A stretch of DNA of 64,000 nt from positions 1 to 64,000 of IMG/VR virus record IMGVR_UViG_3300038465_000158; one strand, written 5' to 3'. Shown piece by piece: positions 8,485-18,041 of the stretch. The stretch comes from a virus. Every line of letters begins with the position of its first letter. Positions within the stretch are counted from its first letter, which is position 1. The position numbers were made by a program, and so were the translations under genes. The notes under the pieces are model-generated. The model saw only the letters and a list, made by a program, of their open reading frames with translations, had not been told where the DNA came from and searched no databases.

Positions 8485-8536
8485 GCATTGATTTCATCAT
8501 CAAAGTGAAAAGTTCTTAAAGAATTGCGCTGTTCTT

Positions 8537-8586
8537 TGTAAAAACGTGTTATAATTATTCTATGGCGCAAGGACAAAGGACAGGAG
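8537..8586 (+). promoter_or_regulatory. Repeated promoter (TGnTATAAT at 8547-8555) and GACAAAGGACA leader
   Basis: Related -10 boxes at 9361, 12487, 14314, 15207, 17778, 19154 and 20256. Confidence 0.75.
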
Positions 8587-8593
8587 TTGAGTC

Positions 8594-8836
8594 ATGACAT
8601 TGAAGCGCGGGGTCGAGTACACCGATCAGGAACTCATCACTGCCGAGCATCGTCCTGGCGACCAGGGCCTTCGGAACTACCAAGCAGTGTACGCCAATGG
8701 CGACATCAAGACGTTTGCAGCGCAGACACTCGACGATGCAGTCGTCATCGCGCGAGAAGTCGGAGGCCGGTTCATCAATTCCAGACTGGATTGGTGCCGC
8801 TGGATTCGGGAAACAAAGGAGAAAAATGACGGATGA
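8594..8836 (+). CDS. Hypothetical protein
   Basis: AGGAG SD, downstream of promoter. Confidence 0.7.
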   Translation: MTLKRGVEYTDQELITAEHRPGDQGLRNYQAVYANGDIKTFAAQTLDDAVVIAREVGGRFINSRLDWCRWIRETKEKNDG

Positions 8837-9047
8837 ACAGACCAAGCCCGAAGTGTGGTTGGGCGATTTGGACGGACCGGAGGGCAACGCGTTCTCCATC
8901 CTTGGCAAGTGCAAGAAGGCACTTGACGGGGCTGGGTTGGACTCGCAAGCATTTTGGGACGAAGCCACCAGCGATGACTACACTCAAGTGCTCAAGACGG
9001 CGCACAAGTATTGCGACGTCCAGGACCACTCACTCGAGGAGTTGTAA
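8826..9047 (+). CDS. Small conserved phage protein (GPEGNAFSILG...S.DY)
   Basis: AAGGAG SD; recognisable motif. Confidence 0.75.
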   Translation: MTDEQTKPEVWLGDLDGPEGNAFSILGKCKKALDGAGLDSQAFWDEATSDDYTQVLKTAHKYCDVQDHSLEEL

Positions 9048-9340
9048 TGACGACGAAAATCTCAAAGAAAGTTACCGTCAACATTCCAACTCCCGAGTTG
9101 GAAAAGCAACATGACGTCATTGAGAGTGGCGCAAGCCAAACGCTCACTGATTTCTACGACTGGCTCTGCGAGAAGGGTTTTGTCATCGCCGAGTACGTCA
9201 AGTTCGAGGAGTACCGCGACAAGCAACTTGTGCCGACGTTCGTTCGGCCTGAGAAGTTGTTCGCAGACTTCTTCGACATCGATTTGGACAAAATCGAATC
9301 AGAACGCCGAGCGATACTTGAGGTATTGCGAGAAAGCTAA
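9047..9340 (+). CDS. Hypothetical protein
   Basis: GAGGAG SD, TAATG overlap. Confidence 0.75.
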   Translation: MTTKISKKVTVNIPTPELEKQHDVIESGASQTLTDFYDWLCEKGFVIAEYVKFEEYRDKQLVPTFVRPEKLFADFFDIDLDKIESERRAILEVLRES

Positions 9341-9347
9341 CATGTCG

Positions 9348-9366
9348 TGTAAAGACATGTTATAAT
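9348..9366 (+). promoter_or_regulatory. Extended -10 promoter
   Basis: TGTAAAGACATGTTATAAT. Confidence 0.7.
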
Positions 9367-9390
9367 TGACATGTAGGGAAAGGACAAAAG

Positions 9391-9921
9391 ATGGGTAGAG
9401 CAAAAGCAATTGGGTTCACTGGAACTCAGCAAGGCATGACACCGGAGCAAACTGACCGGTTGTTCATCCGAATTCGCGATCGCGTGTCGCATGTTGACAC
9501 TCCGGCAGCGCACCACGGTGACTGTGTCGGGGCGGATGCAGAATTCGACGCAATCGCGCGTCAGTTCAAGTGCAAAATGGTGATTCATCCGCCGCTTAAC
9601 ACCGCTAAGGAGGCGTTCTGCTTCCAAGAAGGCGACACTTCGTGGCCGCCTCTCGATTACATCGCACGAAATCATCAAATCGTTGACTTGTGCGACGTCT
9701 TGTACGCCGCTCCTGCTGGATTTGAAGAGGAACTTCGTTCCGGAACTTGGTCGACAATCCGGTATGCGTGCAAAGTCGGGCGTGAGACCATCATCATCTG
9801 GCCTGACGGTCTGGTGACGAACATCGAGGCGAACGCGAAGGACTATGACACTCTTCCTCAGTTCACTCACGTTGATTCGCGCGGCAAGAAGGTCGCCAAT
9901 TCCATGGAGTTGCAGCAGTGA
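9391..9921 (+). CDS. SLOG-superfamily (DprA/YspA-like) nucleotide-binding protein
   Basis: IGFTG..., HGDC.GAD, RN..IVD..D.L.A, SGTW.TIRYA motifs. Confidence 0.75.
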   Translation: MGRAKAIGFTGTQQGMTPEQTDRLFIRIRDRVSHVDTPAAHHGDCVGADAEFDAIARQFKCKMVIHPPLNTAKEAFCFQEGDTSWPPLDYIARNHQIVDLCDVLYAAPAGFEEELRSGTWSTIRYACKVGRETIIIWPDGLVTNIEANAKDYDTLPQFTHVDSRGKKVANSMELQQ

Positions 9922-10310
9922 GGTTCGCAATCGTCATCAATGACCCTGGCACTTCAATCAATGGTCTGCCTGAGGGAGTACCGCACACATACGTCGTCGG
10001 GCCGTTTGCTTCGAGTGAGCAAGCTTCGGAGTACGCCTCTGGCAGCGAACTTGCCCTTGGCGCGTTCACAACTGAGGTCGCTGAACTTGAGAGTCCTCTC
10101 GGTGGAGACCGCACGATTGACCGTACTGAACTCGAGCACTACGCAAGTGAACTTCGCATGGCGGAAGCAACAATACGTGAGCAACTTGCTGTGCTTCAGC
10201 GCATTCGAGGTTCGCATCGACGCAATACTGGCAGCATTGACGTGTGCATTGATGACCGCCAAGCATGGCCATGTCGGACAGTTCGCTGGCTCAACGGGGA
10301 GCTAGCGTGA
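9918..10310 (+). CDS. Hypothetical protein
   Basis: GTGA overlap. Confidence 0.65.
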   Translation: MRFAIVINDPGTSINGLPEGVPHTYVVGPFASSEQASEYASGSELALGAFTTEVAELESPLGGDRTIDRTELEHYASELRMAEATIREQLAVLQRIRGSHRRNTGSIDVCIDDRQAWPCRTVRWLNGELA

Positions 10311-10843
10311 GATGGCCTTGGCAACCAAAGTTGCCTGAGGAACTTGCCGCACCTGCGCCAAGACCAACCCCAAAGACTCCAGAGCAACTGTGGAAAGAGC
10401 ACGAGGAGTACCGAAATCGAGTTGCGGACGCTCTAAGACGACGATGTCGATGTAGTCATTCAGCGTTTGAGCATCCCAAGCAGAAACGACAAATGCGAGC
10501 GTTTCCGCCGGGCCAAATTCACATGGTTCCGTCTCATGAATCAATTTGTAATGGAATGATTCAAATTGGTGACACAAATCAATATCGTCCGTGTGACTGT
10601 CCAGTGTATTTAGAGCTCGGTGTGAGAACGTATGACCGTCCACCGGACCCGCATGTACGCGGCGCATATCAATCCAACTATCCTCGAGGACATCGTGTTG
10701 AAGACGTGACTATCTCTGGTAGACCGGGGAGTGCTACAACAGTTTGCAACGTGTGCAGACTCCCAGTAAAATGGATTAGTAGGACAGGCGGTATGCGCAA
10801 TGGCGAGAAGGGCTATTGGCAACACGAAAGAGCGACGAGATGA
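10307..10843 (+). CDS. Cys-rich hypothetical protein
   Basis: GTGA overlap; CxC..H, CDC and CxxC motifs. Confidence 0.65.
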   Translation: MRWPWQPKLPEELAAPAPRPTPKTPEQLWKEHEEYRNRVADALRRRCRCSHSAFEHPKQKRQMRAFPPGQIHMVPSHESICNGMIQIGDTNQYRPCDCPVYLELGVRTYDRPPDPHVRGAYQSNYPRGHRVEDVTISGRPGSATTVCNVCRLPVKWISRTGGMRNGEKGYWQHERATR

Positions 10844-11064
10844 CAACACCTATGCTTTGCAAGAATTGCGGCGATGAAATTACTGGAGACACTGACATCG
10901 GTGTCCCGTATGTTCACGTCTGGTGGAGGTTGTTGAACGTGCCGGAGGAGTTCGGGAAGAACTGCCTCATCTCATCATGGATTCGTCATCACGGTGGCGA
11001 GATTCCAGCAATCGAATTGATTAGCAGTGCAGAACCCGAGGAGGACAATGACCAGAGCGAGTAA
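10840..11064 (+). CDS. Small Zn-ribbon protein
   Basis: ATGA overlap; CKNCG. Confidence 0.6.
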   Translation: MTTPMLCKNCGDEITGDTDIGVPYVHVWWRLLNVPEEFGKNCLISSWIRHHGGEIPAIELISSAEPEEDNDQSE

Positions 11065-11533
11065 CGACGGAGCAGTGCAAGGAGTCACGGCAGGCGACGC
11101 CCTCAAGGTCATTCTCGGCGGCCAAAGCGAAGACGACCAGGTACATGTGTACCCTGAGGAATTCGCTCGTCAAATTCGAGAAGCGCCGCCGGAGCCTTGG
11201 GTCGGTGATGATGCGTACAGCATGTGCGCCAACTATCTCGCTCGCCAGATTCTTGAGTGGTTAGAAGAGGACTTGACTCGACTCAATGACCCAGTCGACA
11301 ATGCATATGAGCCCTGGGAAGTTGACGAAAATGGTGAACGCAATTGGAACGTTCGACCAGCAGTCACCATTCAAGGTTGGTCGGAGCGCATGAAGGAAGA
11401 CGGACGTTTTCCAAACGGCATGTTCGGTTGTACTGGTTTTCAGTGGGGTTGGGCGTGCAACGCCGCAAGAGCGATTCTCGATGCTCCTCCAGTTCCGAAT
11501 CCAGCAATCATCACGATTGGTGGCGATGACTGA
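11048..11533 (+). CDS. Hypothetical protein (TGFQWGWA.NAAR...PNPA)
   Basis: GAGGAGG SD. Confidence 0.7.
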   Translation: MTRASNDGAVQGVTAGDALKVILGGQSEDDQVHVYPEEFARQIREAPPEPWVGDDAYSMCANYLARQILEWLEEDLTRLNDPVDNAYEPWEVDENGERNWNVRPAVTIQGWSERMKEDGRFPNGMFGCTGFQWGWACNAARAILDAPPVPNPAIITIGGDD

Positions 11534-11858
11534 GGAAGACAATTCTGAAGTGTACGATGATTCTGTCTTTGCGGCGTTCAATCACAATCGTGTTGTGAGA
11601 TATGCATTTACTACAGCTCTCACGATTACTCGGCCGATGTTCGAGATAGCTATGGAGCGATACTTGAATGAACAGCATGTACGTCCCGCTCCGCGCACTG
11701 TCTTCAATTCGCTTGACTTGTGGGAGCATGTTGATGCCACTCCGCACAAATTCGTTGATAAGACGATTGACACTGCGCCAAAACGGACGACACGAGTTGA
11801 CGGTCGAGGTCTCATCAAACCAAGGAGTGCAATCACTGACATTCTGGAGGCTGACTGA
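11526..11858 (+). CDS. Hypothetical protein
   Basis: Coupled ORF. Confidence 0.6.
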   Translation: MTEEDNSEVYDDSVFAAFNHNRVVRYAFTTALTITRPMFEIAMERYLNEQHVRPAPRTVFNSLDLWEHVDATPHKFVDKTIDTAPKRTTRVDGRGLIKPRSAITDILEAD

Positions 11859-12088
11859 TGCACTTCGTTTGGCAAGTTTCTGTGAGCATCTTCGGGGCCG
11901 TGTGGAGCTACTGCGCTTGGCGAGGCGTCAAAGAGTACTGGCATCAGTTTCGGATGTGGGAACTTCATCGGCAGCATCCCGACAAGTCGATTTATGCTGG
12001 TAGACTACGTCCGAATAGCAAAGTGCATTATTTCGTTGGAGAAGAAGCGTACAATAAGTGGATGAGGAGTCATGGCAAATTACGGTGA
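11858..12088 (+). CDS. Small membrane protein
   Basis: GGAGG SD; N-terminal hydrophobic helix. Confidence 0.6.
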   Translation: MHFVWQVSVSIFGAVWSYCAWRGVKEYWHQFRMWELHRQHPDKSIYAGRLRPNSKVHYFVGEEAYNKWMRSHGKLR

Positions 12089-12284
12089 TTTGAGAGTTTC
12101 ACGAGTTCTTTCAGAGGACAACGATTTCGTTGTTTTGGAAGTTGGCAAGCGAGACGATGTTGTCTTTCACTTGCAGCAAAGCGAAGAGACTGGCGAGACT
12201 GTTGGTGGCGACAAGTTCATGACAATCATTTTCGTGCGTCAAGTGGATGGCAAAATTGAGACATGGGATCCGTTTAAAGAGTAG
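12072..12284 (+). CDS. Hypothetical protein
   Basis: GAGGAG SD. Confidence 0.65.
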   Translation: MANYGDLRVSRVLSEDNDFVVLEVGKRDDVVFHLQQSEETGETVGGDKFMTIIFVRQVDGKIETWDPFKE

Positions 12285-12473
12285 GTATTTTTGAAATGTG
12301 GATTGAGAATTGCAAATGGACATCCATACAATAAAATGACTACTCAAATTCATTGCTTTCATCGAGCAACTGAGGAATTTCATGGAGTTTTATTTTGCCC
12401 AAAACATGCAAGGCAACTTCAGGAAGTCGGTAGCATTTTACCGCTTATGATTCGCACAACGTAGTCATGGTGA

Positions 12474-12492
12474 TGCATAAATATGTTATAAT
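12474..12492 (+). promoter_or_regulatory. Extended -10 promoter
   Basis: TGCATAAATATGTTATAAT. Confidence 0.7.
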
Positions 12493-12525
12493 GTACGTAT
12501 GCGGTAATGACAAAGGACGGGCTGA

Positions 12526-12651
12526 ATGATTCTTCACTGGGTGGAAAAGGCAATAGAGATCGCGGTTCTCGGTTTGGGAGGCGCTCTTGCGATTGGGGTC
12601 TGCATCATAGGTTACTATGATGTTGAGGCCCAAAGGCACTGGAAGAAATGA
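12526..12651 (+). CDS. 41-aa membrane peptide (below ORF-track cutoff)
   Basis: AAAGGA SD after promoter; hydrophobic IAVLGLGGALAIGVCIIG. Confidence 0.55.
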   Translation: MILHWVEKAIEIAVLGLGGALAIGVCIIGYYDVEAQRHWKK

Positions 12652-12969
12652 GTACATGCCAGCACTTTATTGCATCCATGGCAGAAATCTCAACAGCAAG
12701 GACATCTGTTACAAATGCGAAGAGCACGAAGTCGAGGAGTTCCTCAAATGGCTAGATTCGCTTCTCCACGGAACGCTTTTCGTGGGACGGAACGCCGGCC
12801 CAGCAATCTGACGTTCGTTCAAAATCAGATGTGGGGAAGTAAGAGAAAACCTCTCCTCTGCCGGTTGTTCGGGCACAAACGACATCCACGATATGACTAT
12901 TGCACTCGTGACTACTGGTCACTACCTCAGAAGTTGATGAAGTGAAAAAAGCAAACAAGGACATAGGAC

Positions 12970-13710
12970 ATGAGCAAGCCGGAACAACGACTTAGAAAAA
13001 AGATGCCCGCGGTCGCGAAAGCGCTCGATGAGCAAGAATGGATTTGGGACGTCTCTCGAAAAGGACATCTCAAACTCGTTTCGCCGACTGGGCAAGCAGT
13101 CTATGGTGCTGGTACACCGAGCGATAGACGGTCAGACATGAATCTTCTGGCAGAATTGAAGCGACACGGACTGAATCTGAGCGACGACATCGTCCGTCTC
13201 TACGTGCCGCCGAAGGACAAGGCGCTACCAAACGAGACAATCGCGGCGCAAAAAGCTGCAGACGAAGCTCATGCGCTTGAGTTGACAGTGCAAGAGTCTT
13301 TGAAGTTCATGAACATGGGTGAAGTTGTGAAGTTTCTCGGCGACAAGTTTGCCACAATCATTGAGTGGCGAGACGCTGGATTTCTGCAGGAAACGCGCAA
13401 TCCCAATGGTCACCACAGAGGTCACTACTTTCTTCGGTCGGACGTCGAAGCATTTTCTGTGTCGGAAGAGTACATCGAACTCCGTGGCGGACCGAAACGG
13501 CAGCACAAGGAAAAAGTTGTAGTTGCCCCTGAGCCAGTTCTCATTGAGGACCCTTCCGTGGTACGGTTACAAATGGTAGTAACTAGAAGGTCAACGCAAG
13601 AGATGACCTTACAAGAACTTGCAGAGGCAGTCGCCGACGCAATCGCACCAAAGATTGAGGACCTCGTCAGAGAGACGATGCGCGCTTACTTCAAAGGAGT
13701 GGAGTGGTAG
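12970..13710 (+). CDS. HicA-like domain fused to MerR/excisionase-type HTH
   Basis: KGHLKL.SP.G..V..GTPSD.R..NL...LKR.G plus EVVKFLG...TI.EW.DAG.L...R. Confidence 0.65.
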   Translation: MSKPEQRLRKKMPAVAKALDEQEWIWDVSRKGHLKLVSPTGQAVYGAGTPSDRRSDMNLLAELKRHGLNLSDDIVRLYVPPKDKALPNETIAAQKAADEAHALELTVQESLKFMNMGEVVKFLGDKFATIIEWRDAGFLQETRNPNGHHRGHYFLRSDVEAFSVSEEYIELRGGPKRQHKEKVVVAPEPVLIEDPSVVRLQMVVTRRSTQEMTLQELAEAVADAIAPKIEDLVRETMRAYFKGVEW

Positions 13711-14294
13711 TGGCAAAGACAGAAGATGTTGACGAAGGCAAATGCTACGTCATTCCAATTTCTCCAAACGAAGATGTTTTCGTCTCGGGAAACTTTCCGC
13801 TCACGCAAGTCGAGGCAGACAGACTCATTACAATTCTGTCAGCGATGATGTCGGGTCTCATCGACAACGAAGTTGACCGGTCATTGAAACCGAAGAAGGT
13901 TGAGAAGGCGACACAGTCGGCAACAGAAGTAGCGGTCTTGCCTCCGGAAGGACATGAACCGCCAGACGAACCAGCATCAATTCCGCTTAGAAATGCTGCA
14001 GACGTGCCAGTAGTTTTTCCACCGAGTAAGGACGCTCTTCACACCACGTCTCAAATTTCTGAGGACGACGGCAAAATCATTGAAGATGTGGATGATGGTA
14101 CCTACGTCATCTGGGTGAAAGTTGCTGCTCGTCTTGAGAGCAGGGACATTGACATTTTCCGCTGCAACAAGAAGACCTCAAGTGTCCATTCTGTTCAGCA
14201 AGTCATGGCGACACGGTATCCGTTCCTCAAATGTCAAGTCGTTGACTTGCCAAAAGGAATGTCTCGCATTCAAGTTTCTCGAAAAGATGGTTAG
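13710..14294 (+). CDS. Hypothetical protein
   Basis: TAGTG overlap, GGAG SD. Confidence 0.65.
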   Translation: MAKTEDVDEGKCYVIPISPNEDVFVSGNFPLTQVEADRLITILSAMMSGLIDNEVDRSLKPKKVEKATQSATEVAVLPPEGHEPPDEPASIPLRNAADVPVVFPPSKDALHTTSQISEDDGKIIEDVDDGTYVIWVKVAARLESRDIDIFRCNKKTSSVHSVQQVMATRYPFLKCQVVDLPKGMSRIQVSRKDG

Positions 14295-14295
14295 G

Positions 14296-14319
14296 TTGCA
14301 CGCATAAAGATGTTATAAT
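14296..14319 (+). promoter_or_regulatory. Extended -10 promoter
   Basis: TTGCACGCATAAAGATGTTATAAT. Confidence 0.7.
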
Positions 14320-14355
14320 GTCAACGTGACATTGTAACTAGGACAAAGGACAAAA

Positions 14356-14622
14356 GTGGCTGAGACTGTTGAAGTGGAGATTGATTTTGCTGTTGCGCCG
14401 ATGCAATATCCGGACATGATGAGCGAACTCAAGAAATTTTTCGAGGAAGTGAAGAGTCTCGACGTCGCTGTCGTGATGACCGACCCGATTGGGCCGGGGG
14501 GTGGTTGGCCTGTTCTCAAACTTTCAGGGCAGAAAGATGATGTGGTCATGGTGCTTATGGCTCACGGCTACGAGGACCAGGTAGAGGAGTTGACGTTCGA
14601 TGATGCCGAATCTCAACCTTGA
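14356..14622 (+). CDS. Small phage protein (GPGGGWP motif)
   Basis: AAAGGA SD; conserved motif. Confidence 0.7.
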   Translation: MAETVEVEIDFAVAPMQYPDMMSELKKFFEEVKSLDVAVVMTDPIGPGGGWPVLKLSGQKDDVVMVLMAHGYEDQVEELTFDDAESQP

Positions 14623-15168
14623 CCTCGAGTACATTGACCATCTGGCATTCGGTTCAGGACCAGTGAAATTGATGAACACCTGGGCAAAACTTTCTGAACG
14701 TGCCGGTCGCAATGACATGCCAGCAATTCTCGCTGAAGCACGCTCTACTGGTTCACTCATGCCAAGCGAAGTGGCTAAGGGACTCGCTGACGCGTGGACG
14801 ATGGCTGAATGGCTGGCACGAATCTTCGACAAGGACATCTGGCGAGTTATCTTTGGCATGGCATTGAGCGATGACGATTTCTTGACTGATGACGGTGTTG
14901 TTCTTCCGCACACTGAACTTCCTGAGGTTCTCACTCTCTCTGGCGCGGCGCCCTTCCTGATTACTCAGAAGGTATGTCCTGGACGAGCGACAAGGAAGAA
15001 GCGATCTGGTTCGCTCACCGTCTGGATCATGACGAGTTCGTTGGTCACGTGTACGAAATCACTGTTGGTCGCGAAGTCGTTCTCGCTAAGTTCGACGATC
15101 GAGGTGAAAGCGAATACGTCATCGACCTCGATTTGCTGTTCGAAGATGACGTTCAAGAGGTCGCGTAA
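14600..15168 (+). pseudogene. ADP-ribosyltransferase-fold protein split by a frameshift at (CT)4, 14934-14941
   Basis: Removing one CT joins LPEVLTL to WRGA...GMSWT.D.EEA.WFA.R...RGESE (R-S-E ART triad). Confidence 0.7.
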
Positions 15169-15239
15169 AGTCGAAGTAAGTAGTGAAACCAATAGCAACT
15201 ATATGTTATAGTTTGCCATATCAAGACAAAGGATAAAAG

Positions 15240-15746
15240 ATGAGGAAACCAACGCCAGAACAGGATGAACTCCTGTTGGAAATCAAGGGTCTGCGCAAGG
15301 ACTTGAAGGATATGACCAAACGGGCGGAAACGGCTGAAGAGAAGGTCGGCCTTCAAGAGCAGATTGCCGCTCTCGAATCGCAACAGACGGAGCTTCGAAA
15401 GAAGATTGAACTCGACAAAATTGAGCGCGACCGCCAAGTCGAGAAGCACGAGCGCGAGAAGCGAGAACTCGAGCATTACATCGGCCTTGAGAAGAAGCGT
15501 CAAGAGTTCGAGATTGACCAGGCGAAGCGTGAGACTGAGGTCGCCATCCGTGAAGGCAACCTTGCGACTGAACGAGATGTGTTCGACAAGAACCTCAAGT
15601 TCAATAACGAGCGATTCGAGAAGACCGAGAAGATGCTTCGTGAGTTCTGCGATTCAGTGCTCAATCGTCTCCCAACGGTCACTGTTGACCGGCAAATCAC
15701 GGAGAGTACCTCACGTACTCGTCGGCAAGGCAAGGCAACGGACTAA
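15240..15746 (+). CDS. Coiled-coil protein
   Basis: Promoter and AAAGGA SD; E/K/R-rich heptads. Confidence 0.75.
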   Translation: MRKPTPEQDELLLEIKGLRKDLKDMTKRAETAEEKVGLQEQIAALESQQTELRKKIELDKIERDRQVEKHEREKRELEHYIGLEKKRQEFEIDQAKRETEVAIREGNLATERDVFDKNLKFNNERFEKTEKMLREFCDSVLNRLPTVTVDRQITESTSRTRRQGKATD

Positions 15747-15844
15747 AGTTGCTTGTAAATATCGGACGCGATATTTGGGCAGCGGCAATAGCTTCTATCG
15801 CGTCCGGCATGAAAACATCAAACGACATTCGAAAGGAACTTGAA

Positions 15845-16165
15845 ATGACTGAATGGAACGGCGGTTGCATACCTAGCGGTGCTTATGCAAGCAGCGGAAC
15901 GTCAAGTGATTACATCTACACAACAGGTAATTCGTACGCAATTCAGATGCCGCAACAGGTACAATGGACTGCTCCTACTGGCATGATATTTACAGTGAGC
16001 GACGAAATTTTTGAGATAAATCCTGCAGCTCCCGGCGGTCCAATGAAGAAACTCGGAGATAAAACAAAAAAGGCAGTCACCCCATTCACTGCAATCGACT
16101 GGCTCAAGCAACGAGTTGAAGAGATTCGACTCACGCCAGCAATGATGATGGCTACGGCGGCGTGA
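15845..16165 (+). CDS. Hypothetical protein
   Basis: AAAGGA SD before ATG 15845. Confidence 0.6.
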   Translation: MTEWNGGCIPSGAYASSGTSSDYIYTTGNSYAIQMPQQVQWTAPTGMIFTVSDEIFEINPAAPGGPMKKLGDKTKKAVTPFTAIDWLKQRVEEIRLTPAMMMATAA

Positions 16166-16392
16166 TGGTACCAGATCCAGACCGGTCGCTACCGCGTGAA
16201 CGTCGAACCAATTGGCCGTCGTCTGACGACGTCGACTACGCAACTCCAGTGCAGTTGATGCGATGGAATCGTTTTCTCGAATCGCCGCGAGATGAAGTAC
16301 AACGACGAGTTCTCACAAAAATCATCGACGCGCTCCACGCGCTTCCACGCGATGTCTATGTCACTGCTAGCAAAGAAGCTGGCTGGGACTGA
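16162..16392 (+). CDS. Hypothetical protein
   Basis: Coupled ORF; W.RFL.SP...SK..GW motif. Confidence 0.65.
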   Translation: MMVPDPDRSLPRERRTNWPSSDDVDYATPVQLMRWNRFLESPRDEVQRRVLTKIIDALHALPRDVYVTASKEAGWD

Positions 16393-16676
16393 TGACTGAC
16401 ATCGTTCAACAAATCTTTGACCCGGGGCCTTCGGTGTCCCCAGACTCAGCCCCTGAAGACATAGCGGAGCCCCGGGCCAAAGTAACTATTGACATTGAAG
16501 GTTGTTACACGTTTGACGAAAAAGATATTTGGCCTGACGGAGATGCGCCAAAGAATTGGACGGCTGAGGACGTGAAGAAAGTTGTCAACGACTACAGAAG
16601 TGATTTTTTTGTTCTCAGCGAATTGGATGTGAGCATTTACGTTTCTGATGCGCCTGAAGGAAAGAAGCATGCATGA
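16392..16676 (+). CDS. Hypothetical protein (IWPDGDAP.N.TAEDV)
   Basis: Coupled ORF. Confidence 0.7.
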   Translation: MTDIVQQIFDPGPSVSPDSAPEDIAEPRAKVTIDIEGCYTFDEKDIWPDGDAPKNWTAEDVKKVVNDYRSDFFVLSELDVSIYVSDAPEGKKHA

Positions 16677-16912
16677 CTGATGTGTGGGTACTCAGTCGCT
16701 GCCATCGAGAAGATTTTGAAGGTGCGACATGGGAGAATGACGTGCACAGCGTTCATTCGACGGCTGACCTTGGCAAAGCGCAAGTTCCAAGCAACGTCAT
16801 ATGGCTCGAGAACATGCCGTTTAGCGACCACTTCTTCACGACGAACGTCATCAACATCAGTCATGATTTGCAAGTCTTTTTCAAACTAGAATTGCACACA
16901 GTCGGTGAGTGA
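16673..16912 (+). CDS. Hypothetical protein
   Basis: ATGA overlap. Confidence 0.6.
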   Translation: MTDVWVLSRCHREDFEGATWENDVHSVHSTADLGKAQVPSNVIWLENMPFSDHFFTTNVINISHDLQVFFKLELHTVGE

Positions 16913-17180
16913 GCATGAAATGATACCAGCAAACGATTCATGTCGCGTTTACTGGGGAACTCACGGTTGCAATCGGAAACGACATCATCGAGGTGGGCAT
17001 CGATGCAACCGACTGTATTGGGGTTGCTGCAATTGGCCGCGTATCCACTGGCTTCTGAAACTTCTTCATGTGCATAATGGATGTGTGGGAGCGTGGCCGT
17101 ACTACGGGAAGAAAACTAGATTTTATGGAGAGGACGTTGAGGGTGAAGGTCATTGGGTACCTGCGGACGAGCACGAATAG
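16905..17180 (+). CDS. Cys/His-rich protein (C.VYWG.HGC...PYYG..T.FYGED)
   Basis: Coupled ORF. Confidence 0.65.
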   Translation: MSEHEMIPANDSCRVYWGTHGCNRKRHHRGGHRCNRLYWGCCNWPRIHWLLKLLHVHNGCVGAWPYYGKKTRFYGEDVEGEGHWVPADEHE

Positions 17181-17760
17181 GCAAGACCTGTCGTTAGAAG
17201 TCCAAGAGAAGAGACTTCGACAAGAAGCTGAGTATCGAGGTTTCGACATCGTCATCATGCAAGACCAGATGTCAGGTAGCGTTGCTCCTCGACGGCGACC
17301 CGGCCTCTCTGCCGCTCTAGAACAGTTGGCGAATGGAGATGCTGACGCACTCATCGTTTCTAAACTTGACCGTGTAGCGAGGTCGCTCAATGACATTGCT
17401 CATCTTCTTGAACAAGCGAAGAAGCAAGGTTGGGCATTCATCGCTCTTGATCTTGGCGTCGACACGTCGACTCCAGAAGGCGCACTCGTTCTCGGCATCA
17501 TGGCGAGCATCGCGCAGTGGGAACGGTCACGAATCCAGGAGCGAATCGTTGAAGCTCTTGCGCAAGCGAAGGCGAACGGTAAGACACTCGGTCGTCCTCG
17601 GTTGCATCCAAAGGCCGTTAATGATCGCGCGAGGGAACTTAAGGGCTTTGGACTGTCACTTCATGACATCTCGTTGCGGCTCAAGAGTGAAGGAATCACG
17701 AACGGCAACGGTGAAAGACTGTCGCCGTCGGCAGTGCACAGACTAGTGAAAACTGGTTAG
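17137..17760 (+). CDS. Serine recombinase (resolvase/invertase family)
   Basis: GYLRTST..Q.L.L..Q, SG..RPGL, LIVSKLDRVARS, WER..I.ER, GRP, C-terminal HTH. Confidence 0.92.
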   Translation: MRVKVIGYLRTSTNRQDLSLEVQEKRLRQEAEYRGFDIVIMQDQMSGSVAPRRRPGLSAALEQLANGDADALIVSKLDRVARSLNDIAHLLEQAKKQGWAFIALDLGVDTSTPEGALVLGIMASIAQWERSRIQERIVEALAQAKANGKTLGRPRLHPKAVNDRARELKGFGLSLHDISLRLKSEGITNGNGERLSPSAVHRLVKTG

Positions 17761-17762
17761 AT

Positions 17763-17783
17763 TGTGCATAAAGATGATATAAT
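17763..17783 (+). promoter_or_regulatory. Extended -10 promoter
   Basis: TGTGCATAAAGATGATATAAT. Confidence 0.7.
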
Positions 17784-17835
17784 GTCATCGTAGGGAAATT
17801 CTCTACAGAAGTACTTCAAGCAAGGGCAGGGATTT

Positions 17836-18021
17836 ATGTTGAAGAGATTCAAGAAGCAGAAGAGGTACATGGTTATCGTTGACGGTCAGATCGCATCATC
17901 TGACGTTAAAATGACCAAAGGCATGGCAGAGAAGTTGGCGAAGACGGCGCCGTATGGCGCGGACGTCCGAGTCGTTGCCACGCGAGACATGGCGAAAGTC
18001 ATGGGAGCTTTACTCAGCTAG
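17836..18021 (+). CDS. Hypothetical protein
   Basis: AGGGA-TTT-ATG start downstream of promoter. Confidence 0.6.
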   Translation: MLKRFKKQKRYMVIVDGQIASSDVKMTKGMAEKLAKTAPYGADVRVVATRDMAKVMGALLS

Positions 18022-18041
18022 TTAGAGGAAACGACGGAAGA

